The notes under the pieces are model-generated. The model did not search any database. It was not told where the DNA came from and was given only the letters and a program-made list of their open reading frames with translations. Shown one piece after another: positions 36,812 to 47,165 of a stretch of DNA of 64,000 nucleotides. This DNA is from Candidatus Eiseniibacteriota bacterium (GTDB lineage: Bacteria; Eisenbacteria; RBG-16-71-46; JABDJR01): the NCBI GenBank assembly GCA_963783375.1, contig CAWANH010000029.1, positions 416,001-480,000 of the forward strand, given 5' to 3'. A program made the position numbers and the translations under genes. Every line of letters starts with the position of its first letter. Position 1 is the first letter of the stretch.

Positions 36812-37843
36812 ATGAATGCGGTCCCTCTCCGGCAAGCGCGCCTGTTCCCCGGATCCGGCCTTCGCGCCGGGATCGCCGCCGCCGCGGCGACCGCCGTGCT
36901 GCTCGCCTCGGCCGTGCCCGCGTTTGCGGTGGACAAATACGCCGCGGAATTCCTCAAGATCGGCGTAGGGGCGCGCGCCCTGGGCATGGGCGGCTCCTTC
37001 GTCTCCATGGCCGACGACGCCAGCGCCGCCTACTGGAATCCCGCCGGCCTCGTGCATCTCGAGTCCCGGGAAGCGCTGGGGATGCACGCCAGCCAGTTCG
37101 GGGGAGTGGAGGCCCATGACGTCCTCGGCGTGGTGTCCCCGATCGAGGCGGGAGGGCGCCGGGCGGCGATCGGCGTCACCGTGATTCGTCTCGCCGTGGA
37201 CGACATCAAGGTGACCAAGGACGCCAAGATCGGCGAGGATGAGAACGGAAACCCCATCATCGACCCCAATCGGATCCAGACCAAGAGCGCTTACGATCTC
37301 GCCATGCTCCTCTCCTACGCCCGGGGATTGGGTGATCACTGGGCGATGGGGGTGAATCTCAAGCTGGTCCGTCAATCCCTGGTCGGCGAGGGAGCGAGCT
37401 TCGGGATCGGGACCGACCTGGGAATCCTCTATCAGGCCAACCCCAATCTCGGGTTCGGCGTGCGTCTGGCCGACATCACGACCACCCGGCTCTACTGGGA
37501 CACCGGACGGCGGGAGACGGTGTCTCCCACCGTCACTCTGGGTGCGCACACCACCCGGGAGATCGAGTCCCTCCAGGGAAGCTTGAGCCTCGGCCTGGAC
37601 GCCGCCTTCGCTTTCGAGGGGCAGACCGGCGATCAGTTCGACAGCGGGAGCCTGTCCGGCAATCTCCTTCCCGGGGCGGAGTACTGGTTCCGTCACACCG
37701 TGGCCCTGCGCCTGGGATCCGACGGCGGCGATTTCACTGCGGGGGCGGGGGTGCGCTACAAGCGGATCGGCGCCGATTATGCCTACCTGTCCCACCCAGA
37801 GTTGGACGCGACCCACCGGGTGAGCGCACTGATCCGATTCTGA
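36812..37843 (+). CDS. PorV/PorQ family outer membrane barrel (T9SS-associated)
   Basis: FLKIGVGARALGMGG, DDASAAYWNPAGL, C-terminal THRVSALIRF. Confidence 0.8.
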   Translation: MNAVPLRQARLFPGSGLRAGIAAAAATAVLLASAVPAFAVDKYAAEFLKIGVGARALGMGGSFVSMADDASAAYWNPAGLVHLESREALGMHASQFGGVEAHDVLGVVSPIEAGGRRAAIGVTVIRLAVDDIKVTKDAKIGEDENGNPIIDPNRIQTKSAYDLAMLLSYARGLGDHWAMGVNLKLVRQSLVGEGASFGIGTDLGILYQANPNLGFGVRLADITTTRLYWDTGRRETVSPTVTLGAHTTREIESLQGSLSLGLDAAFAFEGQTGDQFDSGSLSGNLLPGAEYWFRHTVALRLGSDGGDFTAGAGVRYKRIGADYAYLSHPELDATHRVSALIRF

Positions 37844-37883
37844 TCGGGCGGAACCGGCGATCCGCCGGGAATGGGGGGAAGCA

Positions 37884-39116
37884 ATGAAGCGAGTGATGGC
37901 ATTCGCCCTGGCCGGCGGCCGTACCCGCGGGCTCTCCGTCCTCTCCCAGCCCCGATCGGTCGCCGCCGTCCCCTTCGCCGGCAAGTTCCGGCTCATCGAT
38001 TTCACCCTCTCCAACTGCGTCAACTCCGAGATCTTCCACGTGGAGGTTCTGGCCCAGTACGCTCCTCTCTCGCTGGCCCAGCATCTGGGACGGGGGGAGC
38101 CGTGGGATCTGAACCGACGGGAGGGCGGGGTTCGGATCCTTCAGCCTTACGCCCGGCAGGAAGGGGCCCGGTGGTACGAGGGAACCGCCGACGCCCTGCG
38201 GCAGAACCTGGACGTGCTCGAGAACTCCGGGGCGGAGTGGGTCTTCGTGCTGTCCACGGACCTGATCTACAAGATGGACTACTCCTGGATGCACGAGCAG
38301 CACCTGGAGACCGGGGCACGGGTGACCCTGGCGGTGGGCCAGGTTCCCTACGGGGAAACCGAACACTTCGGCATGCTTCGGATCGACGGGGAAGGGAGGA
38401 TCTCCGGTTTCCAGGAGAAGCCGGAGGCCACCGACTTCGATCGGGCGTTCATGGGGGTCTATCTCTTCGACAGCGCCTTCTTGAAGCGGATTCTCCAGGA
38501 GAACGAGGACCCCAACCTGATCCTGGACATTCTGCGGCCCTATCTCGGGGACCCGGCGGTGGTCCGGGCGTACACTTTCGGCGGTTACTGGGACGACGTA
38601 GGCTCGATCCCGCGCTACTTCCGGGCCCACCAGCGACTCCTGGGGGACGACCCCGCCCCGAACCTCCACGACCCCGGCTGGCGCATCTACACCCGGAGTG
38701 AGGAGATGTCCCCCGTCCTCTTCCATGCCGGTTCCGAGGTTCAGGACAGTCACCTGAGCAACGGCGCGGTGATCGCGGGACGGGTCGAACGGTCGGTGAT
38801 CTCCCCCGGGGTCTATGTGGGCCCGGGGGCGGTGGTGCGGGACGCGATTCTCCTGAACGGAACCACGGTGGGAGCGGGAGCCACGGTGGAGCGCGCGGTG
38901 GTGGACAAGAACGTGGTGATCGGAAACGGGGCGCGGGTGGGCCGGCGGGACGCCGGCGCGGAGAGCGGAGTCCCCGAACTCATGGGGATCACCCTGGTGG
39001 GGAAGTGGGCGCAGGTCGACGAGGGGTCCGAGATCGCGGCGGGGACGCTGATTCCTCCCGGCGAGGCGATCTCCGCCCAGGCGTACCACCTTCGCATGGG
39101 GGAAGCGCGGCAGTGA
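37884..39116 (+). CDS. GlgD-like ADP-glucose pyrophosphorylase subunit
   Basis: AVPFAGKFRLIDFTLSNCVNS, WYEGTADAL, left-handed beta-helix; lacks GxGxRL/RAKP and SGDH motifs. Confidence 0.75.
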   Translation: MKRVMAFALAGGRTRGLSVLSQPRSVAAVPFAGKFRLIDFTLSNCVNSEIFHVEVLAQYAPLSLAQHLGRGEPWDLNRREGGVRILQPYARQEGARWYEGTADALRQNLDVLENSGAEWVFVLSTDLIYKMDYSWMHEQHLETGARVTLAVGQVPYGETEHFGMLRIDGEGRISGFQEKPEATDFDRAFMGVYLFDSAFLKRILQENEDPNLILDILRPYLGDPAVVRAYTFGGYWDDVGSIPRYFRAHQRLLGDDPAPNLHDPGWRIYTRSEEMSPVLFHAGSEVQDSHLSNGAVIAGRVERSVISPGVYVGPGAVVRDAILLNGTTVGAGATVERAVVDKNVVIGNGARVGRRDAGAESGVPELMGITLVGKWAQVDEGSEIAAGTLIPPGEAISAQAYHLRMGEARQ

Positions 39117-40402
39117 GCGGGGTCTATACCATGATTCTGGCCGGCGGCGTAGGAAGCCGACTCGCCGTGCTCACCGAGCAGCGGGCCAAGCCCGCCGTTC
39201 CCTTCGGCGGGAAGTTCCGGATCATCGATTTCGCCCTCTCCAACTGCGCCAACAGCGGGTTCTTCGACGTCGGTCTCCTCACCCAGTACCGTCCCATGTC
39301 CCTGATCGAGCATGTGGGAACCGGCCGGACCTGGGACCTGGACCGGAGCCTCGGGGGTCTTCAGGTGCTTCAGCCCTACCTGGAAGCGGAGTCCGGGGAC
39401 TGGTACCAGGGAACGGCGGACGCGGTCTACCGGAACCTCCTCCAGGTGACCCAGCGCGCGGTGGACGACGTGGTCATCCTTTCCGGCGATCACGTCTACG
39501 CCATGGACTATCGCCCCATGCTCGACTTTCACCGCGAGCACCGGTTTCCGGCCACGGTGGCCGTGACCCCGATTCCGCCCGAGATCACCCACCAGTTCGG
39601 GATCGTGCAGACCAATTCCCGGGGTCATATCACCGGCTTCCAGGAGAAGCCCCGGGAGGCCCGGGGGAACCTGGCCTCGATGGGAATCTACGTGTTCCGT
39701 CGCGACACCCTGATCCGGCTCCTTCAGGAATCCGCCGCCGACCCCGCCTCGAGGAACGATTTCGGGAAGGACATCTTCCCCCGGCTCATCGAGGTGGCCG
39801 ACGTGGGGGCCCACACCTTCGACGGCTACTGGCAGGACATCGGCACCGTGGAGGCGTTCTACGACGCCAACATGAAGCTCCTCGATCCCGACCACAGCCT
39901 CATTCTCTCCCACCCCTCGTGGCCGGTTCGAACGCCCAGCACCGACGCTCCTCCCGCCCGGGTGGTGGGCCGGGGACGGGTGTCGCGGAGCCTGGTGGCC
40001 AACGGGGCGGTGGTGCGGGGCCGGGTGGAAAACTCCATCCTGTTCCCCTGGGTGCGGGTGGAGGACGGAGCCGAGGTCCGGGACTCGATCCTGATGAACG
40101 AGGTGCATGTCCACCCCGGGGCCTCGGTGGTCCGGGCGGTGCTGGACAAGCGGGCCGAGGTGTTTCCCGGGGCGCGCGTGGGAGGGGAGGGCGCCGGCGT
40201 TTCCAACCTCGCCATGCCCGAGTTGCTCTGCACCGGCCTCACCGTGATGGGGAAGGACGTGGTGGTGGGGGAAGGGGTGACGGTGGGACGAAACGCCTGG
40301 GTGGGGGGGCGCCATGTGGTGGCCCCCGGCGCCGACGTTCCGGACGGCGGATACCTCGAAGGGAAGCTGCTCCGCCCCGGAGCCAAGCTCCGATCCGGCT
40401 GA
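39113..40402 (+). CDS. glgC: Glucose-1-phosphate adenylyltransferase
   Basis: [59 protein letters not shown]. Confidence 0.93.
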   Translation: MSGVYTMILAGGVGSRLAVLTEQRAKPAVPFGGKFRIIDFALSNCANSGFFDVGLLTQYRPMSLIEHVGTGRTWDLDRSLGGLQVLQPYLEAESGDWYQGTADAVYRNLLQVTQRAVDDVVILSGDHVYAMDYRPMLDFHREHRFPATVAVTPIPPEITHQFGIVQTNSRGHITGFQEKPREARGNLASMGIYVFRRDTLIRLLQESAADPASRNDFGKDIFPRLIEVADVGAHTFDGYWQDIGTVEAFYDANMKLLDPDHSLILSHPSWPVRTPSTDAPPARVVGRGRVSRSLVANGAVVRGRVENSILFPWVRVEDGAEVRDSILMNEVHVHPGASVVRAVLDKRAEVFPGARVGGEGAGVSNLAMPELLCTGLTVMGKDVVVGEGVTVGRNAWVGGRHVVAPGADVPDGGYLEGKLLRPGAKLRSG

Positions 40403-40436
40403 CCCGCGTCGTCCTCGGTTTCGGCGAGCCGGGAAA

Positions 40437-41738
40437 CTAGCCGGGAATCTTCAGCCGCTGGCCGGGGCGGATGAGCCCCGCCGCCCCGATTCCGTTCAGC
40501 TTCCGGAGCGTGGACACCGGGACTCCGTACCGGTGGGCGATGCCCCACAGGGTGTCCCCGGCCTTCACCCGATGCACCTGGGAAGGCGGGGCGGGGCGGG
40601 TTTCGGGGATGGCCTCCCTGCGGAGTTCGGCCAGCACCGATTGCCCGGTCCCCTTGGGAACCCGGGCCCGCACCGCGTGGCCGTCGAAGGGGGTGGTCTC
40701 CCGAAGCCAAGCCGGGTTCAGGCGCCGGAGGGAGTCCGCGGAAACCGAACACGCCCGGGCCAGGTCCTCGATCCGCATCGGATAGGAGAGGCTCACCACG
40801 TCATAGGACATCGCATCCTCTCCGGAAGCGGGTAGGGGATCCTCCCCGTCGAGCCCGTGCAGAAGATCGGCCAGGGCGAGGGCGCGGGGAACGTAGCGGC
40901 GGGTCTCGGGGGGGAGCGGGATCCTCCAGAAGTCGGCGGTCCCTGCCTCGGCCATCCGGTGGAGCACTCGGCTCGGTCCGCAATTGAACGCGGCGAGGGC
41001 CAGGAGCCCGCTCCCAAGATCCTCCCGGAGCTGGGAGAGGTAGCGGCATGCCGCCCGGGTGGCCGCTTCCCAGTCCCGGCGCTGGTCCCGGTCGGCGGTG
41101 ATGAGAAGGCCCAGATGGCGGGCGGTGGGACCGACGAACTGCCAGGGGCCGACCGCGTTGGATCGACTCCGGGCCCCCACGTCAAGACCGCTCTCCAGGA
41201 GCGCCAGCACCCAGAGCTCGGTCGGGAGCCCCTCGTCCCCGAGGATCCGGACGATGTCCTCCCGGTAGGGCGCAGCTTGTCTCAACCACTGGGCGAGCCC
41301 TCGAGCGCCCTTCCCCCCGAAGTAGGCCCTCCACCGCCGGACCTCGGGACGGGCGAGATCCTCTGGGCTCCACCACGGCTCGACCGGCGGGGCCATCTTC
41401 TCCGCGGCCGGGGCCGGCCGGGACAGCCGTCCGAGCACGTCGGTTCGCGCCCAGAGGGCCAGCACCGAGGCGGCGAAGGCCGGTCCCTCCTCCCCGGCGG
41501 CCGGCTCCTCGACCCCCAGGCGGACCAGGAGGTTCTCAGCCGCCCGGGAGGCGGCCAGAGGTCTCCCGGATTCCAGGAGCACCCGGGCGGCGGAGAGCTC
41601 GAGGCGGAGATCGGCCAGGCGGGGATCGGGGGCGATGACCTCGGGAGCGACCGGGGACGGAGCCGGAGGCGGCGCGGTGGCGCATCCCGCGACCAGGGCG
41701 GAGGCGATGAGGAGAAGGGTTCGCCGCAGTAGTTTCAC
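40437..41738 (-). CDS. MltD-like lytic transglycosylase lipoprotein with LysM
   Basis: LVAGC lipobox, LLESG, AVGPWQF, AAFNCG, ETRRYVP, C-terminal LysM HRVKAGDTLWGIA. Confidence 0.87.
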   Translation of the reverse strand: MKLLRRTLLLIASALVAGCATAPPPAPSPVAPEVIAPDPRLADLRLELSAARVLLESGRPLAASRAAENLLVRLGVEEPAAGEEGPAFAASVLALWARTDVLGRLSRPAPAAEKMAPPVEPWWSPEDLARPEVRRWRAYFGGKGARGLAQWLRQAAPYREDIVRILGDEGLPTELWVLALLESGLDVGARSRSNAVGPWQFVGPTARHLGLLITADRDQRRDWEAATRAACRYLSQLREDLGSGLLALAAFNCGPSRVLHRMAEAGTADFWRIPLPPETRRYVPRALALADLLHGLDGEDPLPASGEDAMSYDVVSLSYPMRIEDLARACSVSADSLRRLNPAWLRETTPFDGHAVRARVPKGTGQSVLAELRREAIPETRPAPPSQVHRVKAGDTLWGIAHRYGVPVSTLRKLNGIGAAGLIRPGQRLKIPG

Positions 41739-41794
41739 GGCGCCGGAGTCTACCAGCCGGCCCCCGCCCCGGAAAGCGCCGGGGCTCTTCCCGG

Positions 41795-41822
41795 TCAAGG
41801 CGCTCGCCTCCGAGGCCGATAA
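41795..41822 (+). promoter_or_regulatory. Putative sigma28 (FliA/WhiG)-type promoter
   Basis: TCAA-N16-GCCGATAA upstream of SD and TTG at 41853. Confidence 0.45.
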
Positions 41823-41852
41823 TCCAACCATACCCTGAGGAGGGAGACCCCT

Positions 41853-42146
41853 TTGCCCTACGAAGACTACCGCCTGAATGCCCAGGTGCGGACCGTCCTG
41901 GTGCGCCGGTGGATCGATCTCAGCAAGGTCGAGTACGGCGTGACCAACGGCGTGGTGTACCTGCGCGGCTCCCTCCTGCCCCACCAGACCAAGCGGGAGC
42001 AGGGCGACGAGCGCCTCCGGCAGGAAGAGGAGGCAACGGTGGCGGGAAGGTTGGAGCGCCTGCTCCGCCAGCTCCCAGGTGTTCGCGATGTCGTGTTCCA
42101 GCTCGACCGGGTGGTCAAGGTGGGCTGGCGCTGGAGGCCCCGATGA
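41853..42146 (+). CDS. Small BON-domain-like protein
   Basis: D..LNAQVR..L, VTNGVVYLRG, LPGVRDVV; GAGGAGG SD. Confidence 0.6.
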   Translation: MPYEDYRLNAQVRTVLVRRWIDLSKVEYGVTNGVVYLRGSLLPHQTKREQGDERLRQEEEATVAGRLERLLRQLPGVRDVVFQLDRVVKVGWRWRPR

Positions 42147-43453
42147 CGGATCACAAGCGGCTCATATTCGGCCTCCCCGTCGATGCGGACGTGCTGCGCC
42201 TGGTGGAGGAGGAATCCGAGCGCCACCCCCACTGGCCGGACGTCCAGAACCGTTGGGGCCTGGTCCTTCTGCTGCGCGGCAGGTTCACCGAGGCGGAACA
42301 GGTGTTCGGGCGGTGCCTCGATCTCAACCCCCGTTACGCGTGGGCGGCCTTGAACCTCGCCCAATGTCTCGCCCTGGCCGGCAAGTACGAACGCGCCCTC
42401 GCGGTGTGGAAACAGGCCGGGGAGCCGGAGCGGGGCGCCCGCGACTACGTGGCCGCCTTCCTGGATCTCCTGGAGTCGCGCGCCGAGGCGGGGAGGGCCC
42501 GCCTCGACGGACTGCCGGATGATCTTCGCGAACGTCCGGACTTTCTGCGGCTGCGCGCGACGCTGCTCCGCGAGTCCCGGCCCGAGGAAGCGGAGAGTCT
42601 CCTGCAGAGGGCGCTCGAGGATCCGGATGTCGGCGGGACCGGCATCGATGACGCCGGCGACGCCTGGCCCTTCGGGTACGTGGCCGGATTGTGGCAGCTG
42701 TGGATCGAGGTCAGCAGCCTGGAGGCCCGACTGGGCCGGATGGATGCGGCCGAGGCCTATGCCCATCGCGCTTTCCGTCATTGGTCCGACCGGGGAACCC
42801 TCTTTCACCAGCGGGGGATGGTGGCGTCGTTGGCCGGGAACGACGAACAGGCGGTGGCTCTTTACGAGGAGGCGGCCCGGATGGCTCCGGACACCCCCCG
42901 GCCCCTCATCTCGCTGGCTTACCACTGGAGCGCCATGGGTGAGTTGGAGCGGGCGCGTGAAGCTCTGGCTCAAGCGCTCCAACGAGCCCCGCGCTTCGCC
43001 GATCTGCACCACCAGATGGGGCTCCTGGAACGCGCGCGCGGTTCGTTCCAGGACGCCCTGCACGAGTTTCAGGTCGCGCTGGAGATCAACCCGCGCTACA
43101 CCCTGGCGCGCCTCGACGTGGCCGCCGCCCTCTTCGATCTCCATCGATGGAAGGAGGCGCGGGCGGTCTACCGCGAATGCGTCGCCGGGGGTATCCGTTC
43201 CTCCGACATCTACCTCCAGGTGGGGGAGGCGGAGGAACATCTCGGAAACCTCGAGGAGGCGGAGAGCTCCTATCGCGAGGCGCTCCGCCTGAACCCCGGG
43301 GAAGTGGAGGCGCACTACCTCCTGGGCCGGCTCTATCGCACGTGGGGGGATGCCGAGAAGGCCCGTCTCTCCTGGTCCAAATTCCTGGAGCTCACCGGTG
43401 ACGATACCCGCGCCGCCGAGGTGAAGACGCTGCTCCGGGACAAGGCTTCGTAA
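42143..43453 (+). CDS. Tetratricopeptide repeat protein
   Basis: Multiple TPRs (P.WPDVQNRWG, ALEINPRY, EAHYLLG). Confidence 0.8.
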   Translation: MTDHKRLIFGLPVDADVLRLVEEESERHPHWPDVQNRWGLVLLLRGRFTEAEQVFGRCLDLNPRYAWAALNLAQCLALAGKYERALAVWKQAGEPERGARDYVAAFLDLLESRAEAGRARLDGLPDDLRERPDFLRLRATLLRESRPEEAESLLQRALEDPDVGGTGIDDAGDAWPFGYVAGLWQLWIEVSSLEARLGRMDAAEAYAHRAFRHWSDRGTLFHQRGMVASLAGNDEQAVALYEEAARMAPDTPRPLISLAYHWSAMGELERAREALAQALQRAPRFADLHHQMGLLERARGSFQDALHEFQVALEINPRYTLARLDVAAALFDLHRWKEARAVYRECVAGGIRSSDIYLQVGEAEEHLGNLEEAESSYREALRLNPGEVEAHYLLGRLYRTWGDAEKARLSWSKFLELTGDDTRAAEVKTLLRDKAS

Positions 43454-43476
43454 TCGCATCCGGAGGGGGAACGAAC

Positions 43477-44654
43477 ATGGATATGGAACAGGAAATCCAG
43501 ACCGCCCCGGCCCGGCGACGCCGGTCCGGCGGTTTCTTCTGGGGTCTGGCCCTGGGGCTCCTGGGGGCGCTGGCAGTTCTCGCCGCCGGTGACCTGGGAT
43601 GGACGGGGATGCCCTCGTTCTCCGGCCGCCCCGCCGCGGCGGAGACCGCGGGGGGAGCGACGGCGCAATGTCCACCGCGGCGGTGTACCTGGCCGGCGCC
43701 ATCCCCGAGGGACTCTCGGTCTACGTGGACGGAAAGGTCACCGCCCCCGCCTCCGGCGGCGACGGAAGCCTCTTCACCGTGGATCGGAACGCCCGTCGGC
43801 TCGAGGTCCGGGGGTCCCAGGGTCCGCTCTGGGCCACCCGGCTCACCCTTCGCGGAGACGCCCCGGATACCCTGCGACCCCTCCTGGGCGGCGACGTGGT
43901 GACGGAGGTGAACCGCCAGGGCCCGACCGGAGCCCTCTACGTGGACGGAACCCTACGCGGCGCCGCTCCGGGCACGGTTTCCGACGTTTCGCCGGGCTGG
44001 CACGTGGTGAGCGTTCGAAACGGGGACGACGTCCTCTTCGAGGACGCCTGCGTGGTGCGCTCCGGGGAGGTGACCCTGGTCACCGTCCCTCCGGTTCCCC
44101 CCCAGGGGAAGGGTCGGATCGACGCCCGCTCACGCATTCTCGACGATCGGGGCCTGACCGAGGTGGAGGGAAACCCGGTCTCGGTGGACGGCCAGCCCGC
44201 CGGAGTCACCCCGGCCGAACTCACCTTGCCCGCGGGATTTCACAGCGTGCGGGTTGAGTGCGCGGGCTACCCGGCCCGGGTCAACGTGGTCTATCTCGAA
44301 GCCGGGCGCTCGCTCTACGTGAACGCCGATTTCGGGGGCGAAGAGGGGCTTCAGGTATCGGTGGCTCCGCCGTCCGAGGCCGCGGTGCGGGGCCCGGTGG
44401 CCATTCCGGTGCGGGTGGAAGCCGGGGGTGAATCGGTGGAGCTCCGCCAGGGGACGCTGTCCCTGGTGCGGCCCGGGCAGGCCCGGCCCCTGACCATCCC
44501 GATGGTGGCTTCCGGGACCGATTCCAGACTCTGGGTGGCGGTGCTCCCCGCGAACCTCACCGCCTCGCGAGCCACGCTGACCGGCTACGCTTCCGGGGTC
44601 GACGCCCTGGGACGCCGCGGGGATTCGGAGATCTTCCATCTGACCCTGCGTTGA
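43477..44654 (+). CDS. Membrane-anchored PEGA domain protein (apparent frameshift near 43650)
   Basis: SD, ATG and TM segment in one frame; PEGA motifs (LYVDG, VSVDGQPAGVTP, LPAGFHSVRV) in another frame. Confidence 0.65.
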
Positions 44655-44712
44655 CCGGTCGCCCGACCGGACCGTCGGGATTGTGCCGGGGCCGCGCCCC
44701 CTGATAAAGTGA

Positions 44713-47088
44713 GTGCGGCCCTGCCGCTTGCCGCCCCGCTTCCCGCGTCTCCTCCGTCCCTGGGAAACTCATCGCGTGGGATGGAGATGTCCGACCGGCG
44801 TGGCCACCGCTGCCGCCCTGGTCCTGGGGACCGCCCTCGGTCCCCTCGGTCCCCCCGGTCCGCTCGCCATCGCCGCCGCGGCGTTCGGCGTTCCGGCTCT
44901 GTTGTTCCGGCGCCGCCGCCGGCGCGGGGCGCCCGCCCTGGTGGCCTCGGTGGTCGCGATCACCACGCTCGGGGCCGGCGCGGGAGCGCTCCGGATCTCC
45001 GGCCCGCGCCCCGCCCCCCTGATCTACCGAACCGACGTTCCGGTGGCCGGAAAGGTGGAGGGGTGGGAGACGCGCGCGGGCGGGATTATGGTGACGGTCC
45101 GGGCCTACCGCGTCGGCGCCCTCCGACCCGACCCTCCGGTGACGATCACCCTGTTCGGGGAGCCGGCCTGGGGAGACGTTCCCGCCGCCGGCTGGGTACG
45201 CCTCCGGGGCCGCGTGGTCCCGTCCCGCAGCGGCACCGTCCCCGGGGGATGGGTGGATCGGAGAAGCGCGGGGCGGCTGGTCCCCGCGCGCGGGACCCGT
45301 CCGGAGTGGGGGCCGGGGCGGCCGCCCGCGATGCTGGTTCGGCGAGCGGCGTTGGCCCGCCGGGTCCGCAGCGCCCTCCGAGGCTTCCCGGCTCGTCTGG
45401 CCGAGGCCATGCTCCTCGGACGCGGGAGCGCGCTCACGCCCGGGGAACGCGCGGCGTTCCGGCGCTCCGGGGCGTCGCACCTGGTGGCGGTGAGCGGCCT
45501 CCACGTGGGACTTCTGGCCGGACTCGTCGCCTTGCTCCTGGCCGGTGCGCCGGCGTGGATGCGGAGCGCGGCGGTGGCGCTGGCCGGATGGGGTTATGCC
45601 GCACTGGCCGGATGGTCCCCCTCGGCGGTGCGCGCCGCCACCCTGGTGACCCTGGTCACCGCGGGATCCCGGGTCCGGCGGCCGCGGCCCTCTCCGGCGT
45701 GGCTCGCCCTGGCGCTCCCGTGGCTGGTGTGGGCCGATCCGGCCCTGATCCGATCGGTGAGCTTCCGCTTGTCGGTCGGAGCGGTTGCGGGAATCCTCCT
45801 CGCCCTCGAGATCGTCCGCCCCCCGACCGGACTCCGGGGGATCCTCGCCGGCCCGGCCGCCGCGGGGCTCGGCGCTCAGTGGGGGACACTACCCGCCGCG
45901 CTCGCCGCCTTCGGCACCATCTCCCCCCTGGCCCTCCTTCCCAACCTGGCCGCCATCCCCCTGGCCGGGCTCTTCCTGCCCGCGGTCCTGGTGACCCTGG
46001 CCAGCGCCGGGACGCCCGGGGTGGGGGTGATCGCGCGTGACGCGGCCATGGCCCTGGGCGCGGCGATCGGGGGGGTGCTCGGGCCCGCTTCCCGGCACTT
46101 GCCCTACGTGAGCGGGTGGCCGCCGCCCGCCGCCTGGGCGGTTGGGTTCTCGGCCCTGGTGCCGCTGATCTGGTTCGCGGGTCCGGGCGAGGTGCGCCGG
46201 CGGGGGAGGTGGCGGTGGGCGGCGCTCCTGGCCTCGGCGGCGGCGGCGGCTCTTTGCCTGCTGTCCCGGCCGCCGGAGAGGGGACCGTGGGCCGCGTTCC
46301 TGGACGTGGGGCAGGGGGACGCCGCGGTGTTCCGACTCGCCGGGGGCTCGGTGTGGGTGGTGGACGTCGGGGACGACCGGGGCCCCGGCGACGCGGCGCG
46401 AAACGCGGTGCTGCCGTTCCTCCGCCACGCCGGCGTCCGCCGGGTGAACGGGCTCATCCTCTCCCACCGGCACCGGGACCACGTGGGAGCGTTGGGGCCG
46501 TTCCTCGACGGGATGCGGGTGGACCGGATCTACGACGCGGGCTACGGGCGAGGCGGGGGAACCGCGGGGCGGGTGGACAGCGTTCTCGCCGCGCATCATG
46601 CCCTCGCCTGCCTGGTGGCGGCGGGGGACACCTTGTATCACGCCGGGACCGCGGTGATCCTGGCCGTCCATCCACCGCGGGGCAATCCCGTGGGGCCGGT
46701 TCCCGGCGGAGATCTGAACGAGGTCTCGCTCATGGTGCGGGTGGTGGATGGAAGCTTCTCGGTGCTCTTCGCCGGGGACGGCGGGTTTCCCGCCGAGACC
46801 GCCTGCCTGGCCCGGGGAGAGCCGCTCTCCGCCCGGGTGCTCAAGGTCGGACATCACGGTAGTCGCTGGGCCAGCTCTCCGGAGTTCCTGCGCGCCGTCC
46901 ACCCGGGGACCGCGGTCATCTCGTGCGGAGTGGGGAACCGATACGGGCATCCCTCCGAGGAAGCCCTGTCCCGTCTCGCCGCCGCTCGGGCCCGGGTCCT
47001 TCGCACCGACCGGGACGGGACGGTTCTCGTTCGGGAGGGGCCCCGCGGCGCGATCTCGGTCTCCCTCCACCCGCCCCGGCGCCCGTGA
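44713..47088 (+). CDS. comEC: DNA internalization competence protein ComEC/Rec2
   Basis: HLVAVSGLHVG, SAVRA, SFRLS; metallo-beta-lactamase LDVGQGDA, SHRHRDHVG, KVGHHGS; start uncertain. Confidence 0.9.
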   Translation: MRPCRLPPRFPRLLRPWETHRVGWRCPTGVATAAALVLGTALGPLGPPGPLAIAAAAFGVPALLFRRRRRRGAPALVASVVAITTLGAGAGALRISGPRPAPLIYRTDVPVAGKVEGWETRAGGIMVTVRAYRVGALRPDPPVTITLFGEPAWGDVPAAGWVRLRGRVVPSRSGTVPGGWVDRRSAGRLVPARGTRPEWGPGRPPAMLVRRAALARRVRSALRGFPARLAEAMLLGRGSALTPGERAAFRRSGASHLVAVSGLHVGLLAGLVALLLAGAPAWMRSAAVALAGWGYAALAGWSPSAVRAATLVTLVTAGSRVRRPRPSPAWLALALPWLVWADPALIRSVSFRLSVGAVAGILLALEIVRPPTGLRGILAGPAAAGLGAQWGTLPAALAAFGTISPLALLPNLAAIPLAGLFLPAVLVTLASAGTPGVGVIARDAAMALGAAIGGVLGPASRHLPYVSGWPPPAAWAVGFSALVPLIWFAGPGEVRRRGRWRWAALLASAAAAALCLLSRPPERGPWAAFLDVGQGDAAVFRLAGGSVWVVDVGDDRGPGDAARNAVLPFLRHAGVRRVNGLILSHRHRDHVGALGPFLDGMRVDRIYDAGYGRGGGTAGRVDSVLAAHHALACLVAAGDTLYHAGTAVILAVHPPRGNPVGPVPGGDLNEVSLMVRVVDGSFSVLFAGDGGFPAETACLARGEPLSARVLKVGHHGSRWASSPEFLRAVHPGTAVISCGVGNRYGHPSEEALSRLAAARARVLRTDRDGTVLVREGPRGAISVSLHPPRRP

Positions 47089-47165
47089 CCGTCCGATAAG
47101 TCCGCTGACATTCCAGAGGAATCGAGCTAAGCTGCCGCCACACTCTGGGCTGTGGAGGTTCTATC

